Source: an uncultured Acidobacteriaceae bacterium
GTDB taxonomy: Bacteria > Acidobacteriota > Terriglobia > Terriglobales > Acidobacteriaceae
NCBI GenBank assembly: GCA_963838345.1
Contig: CAWIQU010000008.1
Location: 442,305-506,304 of the forward strand
Length of the DNA: 64,000 bases
Direction: 5' to 3'
The notes under the pieces were generated by a model. The model worked only from the letters and a program-made list of their open reading frames with translations. It made no database searches and was not told the DNA's origin. Shown in pieces: positions 1 through 8,496 of the stretch. A program made the position numbers and the translations under genes. Position 1 is the first letter of the stretch; each line of letters opens with the position of its first letter.

Positions 1-337
1 CAGTGCTGGCGTTGAGCCAGATGGCGGGAGGGTGATCGAGCGAAGAGATGACCTCGTTGAGGACTTTTGTGGATTGGACGCGGGAGTCGAAGATGGCGCG
101 ACGGTTGGCTTGGTTGTAGCGGCAGTTGACGCTGCGGCCAGCGAGGTTGATGCAGACATCGCTGTTTTCAAGCTCGGCAACCCACTGGCCTATGGTGACA
201 CCGTCCCAGGTGACGACGCGCCAAGGCGCTGGGTGTGGAGTACGGCTGAGAACGGTGACGGAGTGGCCGCCAGAGTGAAAATGCCGGGCGAGGAGTTGAC
301 CTACTTGTCCGGCGCCACCGGGGATGACGATCTTCAT
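1..337 (-). CDS. TIGR01777/YfcH-like NAD-dependent epimerase family oxidoreductase (N-terminal part; runs off the window start)
   Basis: Not in the ORF track. Manual minus-strand translation from ATG 337 gives MKIVIPGGAGQVGQLLARHF...DVCINLAGRSVNCRY...SRVQST...WLNAST (Rossmann GxxGxxG, NLAG motif). ATGA overlap with the upstream SRPBCC gene. Confidence 0.85.
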   Translation of the reverse strand, partial: MKIVIPGGAGQVGQLLARHFHSGGHSVTVLSRTPHPAPWRVVTWDGVTIGQWVAELENSDVCINLAGRSVNCRYNQANRRAIFDSRVQSTKVLNEVISSLDHPPAIWLNAST

Positions 338-858
338 GAGGCAGGTCTTTCGCTTTTTTGGAGGTCAGCGTGGTGGGCTGGAAGATAGCGTTGCCAATCG
401 TTTGACTCGGCGATCTGCTTGATGACGGTGTTGCGCTCGCGGAGAAGAGCCAGCATGTAGCGGCGAAGGAAGACGGCTTCGGCAAGCGGGCCAAGGACGG
501 GAAGAGGAGCGGCGACGCGGAAGAGGTCCTTCATCTCGGTTGCACCGGAAGGAAGGGTGCGAAAGTAGTGGTCAGCCTGCATGGAGCGGAAGATTCCCTT
601 GACCATCGTGGCCTGGAAGTAGGTTGGTGGTTGCATCGCGGTGAACTTGCTGGTGAGGTTCTGCCAGACGCCAAAGTGTTTGGCGCGCCACGTGACTTGC
701 TGAGAGAGTTCGGGAAGGCCGGAGGTGATACCGCCGATGGCTAAAGCCTGTTCGCCGGAGTGGATGTTTGCGACCAGATGGACCTCAACACTGCGGGAGA
801 GATCGAAGCATCGGTCGATGGGTGCGTCGATGACAGTGATTTCCTCCAGGCAGATCAT
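334..858 (-). CDS. SRPBCC (START/Bet v1-like) family protein
   Basis: T.IDAPIDRCFDLSRSVEVH...VTWRAKHFGVWQNLTSKFT...F...MVKGIF....DHYF pattern typical of SRPBCC proteins paired with TIGR01777 genes. Confidence 0.8.
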   Translation of the reverse strand: MICLEEITVIDAPIDRCFDLSRSVEVHLVANIHSGEQALAIGGITSGLPELSQQVTWRAKHFGVWQNLTSKFTAMQPPTYFQATMVKGIFRSMQADHYFRTLPSGATEMKDLFRVAAPLPVLGPLAEAVFLRRYMLALLRERNTVIKQIAESNDWQRYLPAHHADLQKSERPAS

Positions 859-940
859 CGCGAGCGGGCTTCCTCTTGTGTAAGAGTAAATGTGAGGGTT
901 GGATTTATTGTTGGAAGAGTTCTTCTGTGAGGATGAGTCG

Positions 941-1291
941 ATGAGTGTGAGTGAGATGAGTTTTGTGAAGACGGGCGATGCCAGGAGTTTTACGCCGGAG
1001 CCTGGGATGAAGCGGCAGGTCCTGGCGCACAGCGACCAGCTGATGCTGGTGCGGCACTACTTTGAAAAAGACTGGGTGGGTGCGCGGCATAGCCATCCGC
1101 ACCACCAACTGGTGTATGTGGTCAGCGGCGCGATCCGTGTCGATGTGGATGGGCGGGTCTTCGACGTCCGTGCAGGCGATAGTTTTGTGGTCGATGGAGG
1201 GGTCGAACACCAGGCTTCGGCGCTGGAGCCGTCGGAGGTGCTGGACGTGTTTACCCCGGTGCGCGAGGACTATCGGGAGTTGGTGAAGTAG
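941..1291 (+). CDS. Cupin domain protein, KdgF (pectin degradation)-like
   Basis: RQVLAHSDQLMLV, HSHPHHQLVYVVSG, GDSF...GVEH and LDVFTPVREDY motifs; GAGGA SD before ATG 941. Confidence 0.8.
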   Translation: MSVSEMSFVKTGDARSFTPEPGMKRQVLAHSDQLMLVRHYFEKDWVGARHSHPHHQLVYVVSGAIRVDVDGRVFDVRAGDSFVVDGGVEHQASALEPSEVLDVFTPVREDYRELVK

Positions 1292-1332
1292 AGAGGGGCC
1301 AGTGGGGGCAAATTATTTTCCGGATGGCTGCT

Positions 1333-1348
1333 AACTAAAGGATTAGTT
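1333..1348. promoter_or_regulatory. Palindrome AACTAA-N4-TTAGTT, candidate BlaI operator
   Basis: Perfect inverted repeat ~65 bp upstream of the blaI-family start; the same core recurs at 3220-3233. Confidence 0.6.
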
Positions 1349-1413
1349 GGTCCGTCTCACGATCAGTTCGGCTTTCCCTCCGGTCGTTTTGAGGGTGGCC
1401 AACGAGAGATTCG

Positions 1414-1815
1414 ATGCCACCTAGGAAGTCCATCACATTGACGGAAGCGGAGTTACGGCTCATGAAGCTCTTATGGGCGCGTGGCGAGTCGGCTGTAGGC
1501 GACTTGGTGGCGGCGATGCCGGATGGGGCGGCTCTGGCCTATAACTCGGTTCTGACGACGATCCGGATTCTGGAGCAGAAGGGCTATGTGCAGCACCGGC
1601 AGGAGGGTAGGGCGTTTCTGTATGTTCCCTGCGTGGCTGAGCAGGAGGCTAGCCGGTCGGAGGTCCGTCATATGATGCAGCGGTTCTTCGGCAACTCGCG
1701 GGAGAGGCTGCTGCTTTCGCTGCTGGGTGACGATGAGGTGACTCCGGAGGAGTTGCAACGTCTGAAAGAAGCGATCGCTGCCGCCGCGGACGACCGTGTG
1801 GGGGAGGATCGATAA
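1414..1815 (+). CDS. BlaI/MecI/CopY family transcriptional repressor
   Basis: LTEAELRLMKLLW...LAYNSVLTTIRILEQKGYV...GRAFLY...FFGNS...LLSLL winged-helix signature. Confidence 0.92.
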   Translation: MPPRKSITLTEAELRLMKLLWARGESAVGDLVAAMPDGAALAYNSVLTTIRILEQKGYVQHRQEGRAFLYVPCVAEQEASRSEVRHMMQRFFGNSRERLLLSLLGDDEVTPEELQRLKEAIAAAADDRVGEDR

Positions 1816-1817
1816 CG

Positions 1818-3218
1818 GTGATGGATCTGAACCTGTTGCAGAGTATTGAGAGTGTGTCGCGGTTGGTGGCAAGCTCGTTTGTTTCGGGGCTTTGGCAGGG
1901 AATTGTGCTGGCCGCCGGTGTGGGGCTCTGTCTGCGGCTGGTGCCGAGGACGACCGCCGCGGTGCGTTTTGCTATTTGGACAGCAGTGTTCGCCGTCGTG
2001 GCTGCGCTGCCGTTGGTGCATGCCTATTCTTTGAACTCCGGTGGCGATATGCCGGGACGTAGTGCTCTGGTGCACGTGGATATGCGCTGGAGTTTTGTGA
2101 TTGCCGCACTCTGGTTGACGGTTTCACTAGTACGCGGCATCAAGCTCGTGATGAGCGCAGTGCGCTTGCGTGGGATTTGGAAGAGAGCGGTGCCAGTGGA
2201 GGGTTGCGATGCCGTGCTGTTGGCAGCGGGTTTTCGCGGAGTCGAGCTCTGCACTTCGAAGGATGTGGACCGACCCAGTGTGATTGGTTTCTTCTCGCCG
2301 CGGATTCTTATTCCAGAGGAGCTCTTTGCACGGCTGACGACGGCGGAGTTCGGGCAGATTGTGTTGCATGAGGTTGGGCATCTGCGGCGAGCTGATGATT
2401 GGGTCAATTTGCTGCAGAAGCTGAGCCTGGTGGTGGTTCCGCTGAACCCGGTGTTGATGTGGATCGAGCGGCGGCTATGCCTGGAGCGCGAACTCGCTTG
2501 CGATGATGATGTGCTGCGGTTGACCAAGGCTCCGAAGGCGTATGCGACCTGCCTGACAAGTCTGGCCGAGCAGAGGCTGGGCCGCCGGGCGGCGGCACTG
2601 TCGCTGGGCGCGTGGGAGAAGCAGTCGGAGCTGGCGCGGCGGGTGCACAGTATTTTGCGGAGCGGCGAGGGGATGGGCCGGACGCAGGCTCGAGTCTTGA
2701 TGGGTTTGGCTGTCGTGGCCCTGTTGGGCGGCTCAGTCGAGCTGGCGCGATGCCCGCAGTTCGTTTCATTTTCACGGACCGCATTGCCGGTGTCGGCTGA
2801 GGTGCAGAGCCTGCCCACGGCGGGGTATCAGGCAGCGGCGTTTCACTCATCGGGAAACGTAATGGGTGCCGCCCACGAGACTTTGCTGAAGGCTTCGATG
2901 CCGGTGAATCGTGAGGTTGGCTTGACGGATACGGTCAAGCGGCCGGCTGTCCCCGTGAAGAAGGCCACAACCAAACGCCACACTGCGACTCCGGTCCAGC
3001 AGAGCCGGGTTGCGATGCCGCAGATGCGGCGAGCGGAGCGCTGGATGGTACTGACCTCGTGGGATGGAATGGAACGGCCGAGAATGGTGCTTGCCGTGAC
3101 CGAAGAGCGTGTGATTTCTACTTCGTATGCAGCCGTGCCAACTGCGGGCGGCTGGCTGATTCTTCAACTTTTAACCAAGCTGTTCAACCCTTTGCTGAGG
3201 TACGAATATGTCTCTTGA
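1818..3218 (+). CDS. M56 family (BlaR1-like) membrane metallopeptidase / signal transducer
   Basis: Several TM segments, PSVIGFFSPRILIP, HEVGH zinc motif, ERELACDD, Y...L..LA; directly downstream of the BlaI gene. Confidence 0.9.
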   Translation: MMDLNLLQSIESVSRLVASSFVSGLWQGIVLAAGVGLCLRLVPRTTAAVRFAIWTAVFAVVAALPLVHAYSLNSGGDMPGRSALVHVDMRWSFVIAALWLTVSLVRGIKLVMSAVRLRGIWKRAVPVEGCDAVLLAAGFRGVELCTSKDVDRPSVIGFFSPRILIPEELFARLTTAEFGQIVLHEVGHLRRADDWVNLLQKLSLVVVPLNPVLMWIERRLCLERELACDDDVLRLTKAPKAYATCLTSLAEQRLGRRAAALSLGAWEKQSELARRVHSILRSGEGMGRTQARVLMGLAVVALLGGSVELARCPQFVSFSRTALPVSAEVQSLPTAGYQAAAFHSSGNVMGAAHETLLKASMPVNREVGLTDTVKRPAVPVKKATTKRHTATPVQQSRVAMPQMRRAERWMVLTSWDGMERPRMVLAVTEERVISTSYAAVPTAGGWLILQLLTKLFNPLLRYEYVS

Positions 3219-4785
3219 AACTAATAAATTAGTAGGTAAGGCGGGACGGATTGCCGCTCCCGCAGGTGCTGCCGCGGCACTGGTGCTGGCAGGTTCGATG
3301 TTCTTTCATTACAGCGGCGTTCATGCGGCGATGATCTCGTCGCCTGCGCCGATGGACGACAACAGTGTGTCTGCGCTGGTCTCGCTGGATAGCGCGGTGG
3401 AAGCGGTTGCCTCGCGGGTCTCGCCTGCAGTGGTGAATATTCAGGTGACCTCGCGTGGGTCATCCGAACATGAGACTGGCGGGGAGCAGGATCAGAGCCA
3501 GCAGGAGGCACCTCAAGGAGTGCCTCCGGGTTTTGCCCAGTTCTTTGGACCGGGCGGTCCCTTTGGCGGTCAGATGCAACGGCCGCAGCAACCGCAGATT
3601 GAGCATGGAATTGGCAGCGGCGTGATCATCTCTCCCGATGGCTATATCGTGACCAACAATCACGTCGTCGATGGATCGATGGACATGCGCGTGACGTTGA
3701 GCGACCGGCGCGTGCTCAATGCGAAGCTGGTTGGCGTGGATAAGCTGACCGACCTCGCCGTGATCAAGGTGGATGCGCATGATCTGCCAAGTATCGCCTG
3801 GGGCGACTCCACGAAGCTGAAGCCAGGCCAGACGGTGCTGGCGTTCGGTAGCCCGTTTGGATACTTCCAGAATTCGGTGACGCGCGGCATCGTGAGCGCC
3901 GTGAACCGGGAAAATCCTTACCGTGATGATGCGCGCAAACCCGGTGGCTACATCCAGACCGATGCAGCGATCAATCCGGGCAACTCCGGTGGCGCGCTCG
4001 TGAATGCGCATGGCGAATTGGTTGGCATCAATACCTTCATCATCTCGAACAGCGGATCGTTCGCGGGTGCTGGGTTTGCCATTCCGTCGCAGCTTGTACG
4101 CGCGACGGCGGAGCAGCTGATCAAGAGTGGAGTTGTGCATCATGGCTATCTCGGCATCAGCTTGAACGACGTGACGCCGGCGAATGCCAGCTTCTTCAAT
4201 CTCAAGACGGCTACGGGAGCGATCGTCGCGCAGGTGACGCCTGACTCTCCGGCCAGCAGCGCTGGGTTGAAGAACGGCGACGTGATTGACACGTTGAATG
4301 GAGAGAAGATCGAGAACGGCAGTGCATTGCAGGTTGCTGTTAGCGAGATTGCTCCGGGAACGACGATCAAGCTTGGTGTTCTGCGCAACGGAAGCCCACA
4401 GACTCTCGATGTGAAGGTTGGCGAATTCCACAAGAGCACCGACGTCGCGAGCGATGGCGATTCGGCGGGTCCACAGAAGGGCAAGCTCGGGTTGGCAGTT
4501 GCTGAGCTGACTCCGGATGTGCGGCAGCAGCTGCATATTCCGTCTCAGGTGAACGGTGTCGCGGTCGAGAGCGTTCGTCCTGCGAGCCCTGCTGAGGATG
4601 CCGGCCTTACTCCTGGAGACGTGATCCTTGAGGTCGATCGCAAGCCGGTTACTTCCGCTGAGCAGTTCGTCAACGAGGCGCACGCCAACCCGGCAGGGAA
4701 GGATCTGCTGCTGCTGGTTTGGTCGCAGGGAAATGCGAGCTACCGCGTTGTGCACACGGACGGTGGCAATCAGAACGGCGAATAA
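3208..4785 (+). CDS. degP: Do/DegP/HtrA family periplasmic serine endoprotease with two PDZ domains
   Basis: GSGVIISPDGYIVTNNHVV, DLAVIK and QTDAAINPGNSGGAL triad motifs; two PDZ-like repeats; GAGG SD. Confidence 0.93.
   Translation: MSLETNKLVGKAGRIAAPAGAAAALVLAGSMFFHYSGVHAAMISSPAPMDDNSVSALVSLDSAVEAVASRVSPAVVNIQVTSRGSSEHETGGEQDQSQQEAPQGVPPGFAQFFGPGGPFGGQMQRPQQPQIEHGIGSGVIISPDGYIVTNNHVVDGSMDMRVTLSDRRVLNAKLVGVDKLTDLAVIKVDAHDLPSIAWGDSTKLKPGQTVLAFGSPFGYFQNSVTRGIVSAVNRENPYRDDARKPGGYIQTDAAINPGNSGGALVNAHGELVGINTFIISNSGSFAGAGFAIPSQLVRATAEQLIKSGVVHHGYLGISLNDVTPANASFFNLKTATGAIVAQVTPDSPASSAGLKNGDVIDTLNGEKIENGSALQVAVSEIAPGTTIKLGVLRNGSPQTLDVKVGEFHKSTDVASDGDSAGPQKGKLGLAVAELTPDVRQQLHIPSQVNGVAVESVRPASPAEDAGLTPGDVILEVDRKPVTSAEQFVNEAHANPAGKDLLLLVWSQGNASYRVVHTDGGNQNGE
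3220..3233. promoter_or_regulatory. Second ACTAA-N4-TTAGT palindrome inside the first codons of degP
   Basis: ACTAATAAATTAGT has the same core and spacing as 1334-1347. Confidence 0.5.
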
Positions 4786-4799
4786 GCTGAATCCCTTTG

Positions 4800-4837
4800 G
4801 GCCGCTGCGTGATGGATTAGCAGCGGCCATTTTTTTT
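4800..4837 (+). terminator. Rho-independent terminator after degP
   Basis: GGCCGCTGC/GCAGCGGCC stem followed by a T8 run. Confidence 0.8.
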
Positions 4838-4942
4838 GGGAGAAATCATTTAGAAACAATTCCTCATTTGCAAAAAATTGTGCGTCTTTCATCTTGCTTC
4901 GCTCGTACCCTGATCGATAGCGCCTGATCTGGAGGCTGTACG

Positions 4943-7141
4943 ATGCCGTTTGTTCGCCGCTTCGCTGGGTTGCTCTTTTCCTGTGCGACTGCGCTGCCTG
5001 TTCTCGCTGCTCCTGCAAAACCTGTGGCTCCGCCGGTGACGGTCACTGACGATGGGCCGACCTACACGATGGCCAACGGCTACCTGACCGTGAAGGTGGA
5101 TAAGGTCACTGGCGATCTTGTCTCGGTGAAGACGCCGAAGACCGTCACGCCCGACATTGAGTTGATGGGCTTCGTCTCCGGACACCATGCTGGATATTGG
5201 GAGCAGAGCCCAGCACTCGCTGCCCGCAGGGAGGCGAAGATCACCATCGATCCTGCCAGCGTGAGCGGTGACCGCGCCGAGGTTTCGGTTAAGGGCTGGT
5301 CTGACGGCAAATCGATTCTTGGTGCGCATCCCACTGCAGCCGGACAAGAGGGCGGCCTTATTGCGGATCTCGAGATACGGTATGCGTTGGCGCGCGGAGA
5401 TCACGGCCTGTATACCTACGCCATCTTCACTCATGAAGCTACCTATCCTGCGGGATCGGTCGGCGAGAGCCGCTTTGGGTTCAAGTTGAATAGCAAGGTC
5501 TTCGACTGGCTCTCGATCGATGACCAGCGAAATGCGTTGATGCCTACCGGAGCAGACTGGGACGCCGCCACCGATCTCAATATGAAGGAGTCTCGCCGGC
5601 TGACCACAGGCACCTACAAGGGGCGTGCGGAACACAAGTACGATTACTCCGCGGATCAGTCGAAGATTCCTGCCTTCGGGTGGTCTTCCACCACGGAGCA
5701 TGTCGGACTCTATCTGATCAATCCATCGTTCGAATATCTATCGAGCGGGCCGCTGCACTTTGAACTGACCGGCCATATCGACGACGGCGACGGCGGTGAT
5801 CCGACGCTGCTCGACTACTGGCGTGGTACGCACTATGGCGGCAGTGTGTTGAACTTCGCGGACAACGAGCCCTGGACCAAGGTCGTCGGGCCCATCTTTA
5901 TCTATGTTCCGACTGGTGGTTCGCCGAACGTGTTGTTCACCGATGCGAAACGTCAGGCGGCCGTTGAGGCTGCGCGCTGGCCCTATCCTTGGGTGAAAGG
6001 CGTCGACTATACGCCTGCCGATCAGCGCGCCACGGTCAAGGGTCGTCTGAAGTTGATCGATCCACAGGCACCGACAACGAAGTTTTCGAATCTACTGGTG
6101 GGACTTTCATTCCCAGATCAGCCGGCGGTGCCGCGTGCGCCACGGCCACCGCGGCCCGAGGCCAGTCCTACACCCAGTACGGAACCTTCTGCTACGCCTC
6201 AGGCTGCAGGGACTATCGCGCCTAAGGTCGATGCCACACCGGGCACGCCTGCTGTGGCCGCTGATCCGGATCATCCTGCGCAGGTTAACGCTCAGGGGCA
6301 GCGCGTCAATCGCGGCACCTATGTTCCCCCGCGTCCCCCCGGAGCGTTGGCTTTCAACTTTCCGCCGCAGCCGATTACGTGGCAGAGCGACGCGAAGCAC
6401 TACGAGTTCTGGGCGCATGGCGCGGATGATGGCAGTTTCACGATCCCTAATGTGCGTCCCGGGACGTATCAGTTGCACGCGATTTCGGACGGTGTGCTCG
6501 GCGCGTATGATGCTACGGCCAGCGTGACGATTGCGCCGGGACAGAAGCTTGATCTTGGCACAATTGAATGGCATCCGACGCACTACGGCCGACAGATATG
6601 GCAGATCGGTACACCCAATCGCTCGGCCAAGGAGTTTCTCAAGGGCGACGATCACTGGCATTGGGGAATGTACATCGAATACGCCAAACTCTTCCCCAAC
6701 GATGTCGACTTTACCGTCGGCAAGTCCGACCCGGCGAAGGACTGGTTCATCTATCAGGTGCCGCACGATACCGATTTCAAGCCCGATGGCCGTGATCAGG
6801 GCCGCGCCACGCCGTGGACGATCCACTTCGAGATGCCTGCAGGCCGACAGCCCGCAGGCAAAGCCACGTTGCGTTTCGGGCTTGACGGTGTTTCTACGCG
6901 GACACTTGGCATCACTGTCAACGGCAAAGACGCGGGGTCGATGACCGACTTGTTTGGAGCGGGCGCGTCCATGATCCGCGACGGGATCGAAGGGACCTGG
7001 ATCGAGAAGGACTTCAACTTCGATGCGTCACTGCTGAAGCCGGGAGCGAATACGATCGTCCTTACTGTCCCTGCTGGTGGTGTCGCGAATGGCATCTGCT
7101 ATGACGTTGTTCGCCTTGAGGTCGCCCCACCTGCTCCGTGA
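4943..7141 (+). CDS. Polysaccharide lyase family 4 (rhamnogalacturonan endolyase), secreted, with Pro-rich insertion
   Basis: Signal peptide; NGYLTV...G.LVS, HKYDYS, H..GTHYGG, WTKVVGP, YEFW...DGSFTIPNVRPGTYQL and WQIGTPNRSAKEF motifs; C-terminal YDVVRLE. Confidence 0.85.
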   Translation: MPFVRRFAGLLFSCATALPVLAAPAKPVAPPVTVTDDGPTYTMANGYLTVKVDKVTGDLVSVKTPKTVTPDIELMGFVSGHHAGYWEQSPALAARREAKITIDPASVSGDRAEVSVKGWSDGKSILGAHPTAAGQEGGLIADLEIRYALARGDHGLYTYAIFTHEATYPAGSVGESRFGFKLNSKVFDWLSIDDQRNALMPTGADWDAATDLNMKESRRLTTGTYKGRAEHKYDYSADQSKIPAFGWSSTTEHVGLYLINPSFEYLSSGPLHFELTGHIDDGDGGDPTLLDYWRGTHYGGSVLNFADNEPWTKVVGPIFIYVPTGGSPNVLFTDAKRQAAVEAARWPYPWVKGVDYTPADQRATVKGRLKLIDPQAPTTKFSNLLVGLSFPDQPAVPRAPRPPRPEASPTPSTEPSATPQAAGTIAPKVDATPGTPAVAADPDHPAQVNAQGQRVNRGTYVPPRPPGALAFNFPPQPITWQSDAKHYEFWAHGADDGSFTIPNVRPGTYQLHAISDGVLGAYDATASVTIAPGQKLDLGTIEWHPTHYGRQIWQIGTPNRSAKEFLKGDDHWHWGMYIEYAKLFPNDVDFTVGKSDPAKDWFIYQVPHDTDFKPDGRDQGRATPWTIHFEMPAGRQPAGKATLRFGLDGVSTRTLGITVNGKDAGSMTDLFGAGASMIRDGIEGTWIEKDFNFDASLLKPGANTIVLTVPAGGVANGICYDVVRLEVAPPAP

Positions 7142-7202
7142 CGCGACGCTCCGTTAGACTGGCATCGCACGCTGAATCATTTTCTTCAGGAGAGATTTCA
7201 CC

Positions 7203-8495
7203 ATGAACACGACTCGCCGCCACTTCATTACGACGGCTCTTTCAAGCGGCGCAGTCGCTGCGACCGTTCCTGCAACGGCGGGAGCTCAGTTTCTCAACGC
7301 CCCGCGTCACGGCCTGCCCGGGACCTTGAAAGAACGCTATGCGAAGCTTGACGCCATTCTGAAGGAGCCAGTATTCAAGCGCGATCTCTTTCCTGATCCA
7401 GTCATCATCGAGTCCGTCGAACTTCTGCGTAACAAGAAGCAATATCTGTGTCGCGTGCGATCGAAGGATGGGCATGAGGGATTGTCCGTCTCCAACGCAC
7501 AGCAGATGGAGGTCCTGTACCCGATGTTCGTGAAGCACATCGCTCCTTTCTTTATCGGGAAGGATGCACGCGACATCGAAGAGCTGGTTCCTGCCTCGAC
7601 GGTCTACGAAAACAACTACAAGGCGCAGGGACTTGCCATCTGGGTGCCGATCGCGACGATCGAGTTCGCGATTCTGGATATGTTCGGCAAGATGTCGAAA
7701 CGACCGATTGGGCTGTTGATCAGCGACAAGATCTACAACACCAAAATTTCCGTATATCAGGCGAACGGTGAACGTGACATCACCGCCGAAGAGACGATTG
7801 AGCACCTCAAGCGCGATGTGGCTATCTCGAATGCGAAGGCGATCAAGTTCAAGCTCGGGGGCCGCATGTCGCATCCGGAGACACCGCTTGGTCGCAGCGA
7901 GAAACTCATTCCTCTCGTGCGCAAGACCTTCGGAGACCAGATGGTTATTTCAGCCGACTCCAATGGTTCTTATACGGTGGCCGAAGCGATCCCGATTGGC
8001 AAGCTGATGCAGGAGTACAAATACGCGTTCTACGAGGAGCCGGTGCCGTTCGACTGGTACGAGGAGACGAGAGCAGTGGCGGACGCGCTCGAGATTCCGA
8101 TTGCCGGCGGGGAGCAGGAGCCGAGCACGCACAACTTCCGCTGGCTCATCGCCAACGGCGGACTGTCGATCGTGCAGCAGGACATGTTTTATTTCGGCGG
8201 CATGATTCGCTGCATGCAAGTGGCGCGTATGGCCAACGCCTTCGGCAAACAGTGCATACCGCACATCTCATCGACCGGCCTGGGCTATGTGTACATGATG
8301 CACTTCGTCTCCGCGATACCGAACTCTGGGCCGTATCACGAGTTCAAGGAGTTCAACAACGAGCTTCCGTATCACTGCGAGACCTCAAGCCTGCGGAGCG
8401 ATAGCAATGGCGTGATTCAGGTGCCGTCCGGTCCTGGCTTCGGCGTCGATATCGATCCCGACTTTGTGAAGAAGGCTACGGTCGTTACTGGCTGA
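7203..8495 (+). CDS. Mandelate racemase/muconate lactonizing enzyme (enolase superfamily) protein with Tat signal
   Basis: TRRHF twin-arginine leader; KFKLG, ADSN, YEEP, GGEQE, VQQD, IPH and PGFGVDID motifs. Confidence 0.85.
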   Translation: MNTTRRHFITTALSSGAVAATVPATAGAQFLNAPRHGLPGTLKERYAKLDAILKEPVFKRDLFPDPVIIESVELLRNKKQYLCRVRSKDGHEGLSVSNAQQMEVLYPMFVKHIAPFFIGKDARDIEELVPASTVYENNYKAQGLAIWVPIATIEFAILDMFGKMSKRPIGLLISDKIYNTKISVYQANGERDITAEETIEHLKRDVAISNAKAIKFKLGGRMSHPETPLGRSEKLIPLVRKTFGDQMVISADSNGSYTVAEAIPIGKLMQEYKYAFYEEPVPFDWYEETRAVADALEIPIAGGEQEPSTHNFRWLIANGGLSIVQQDMFYFGGMIRCMQVARMANAFGKQCIPHISSTGLGYVYMMHFVSAIPNSGPYHEFKEFNNELPYHCETSSLRSDSNGVIQVPSGPGFGVDIDPDFVKKATVVTG

Positions 8496-8496
8496 C

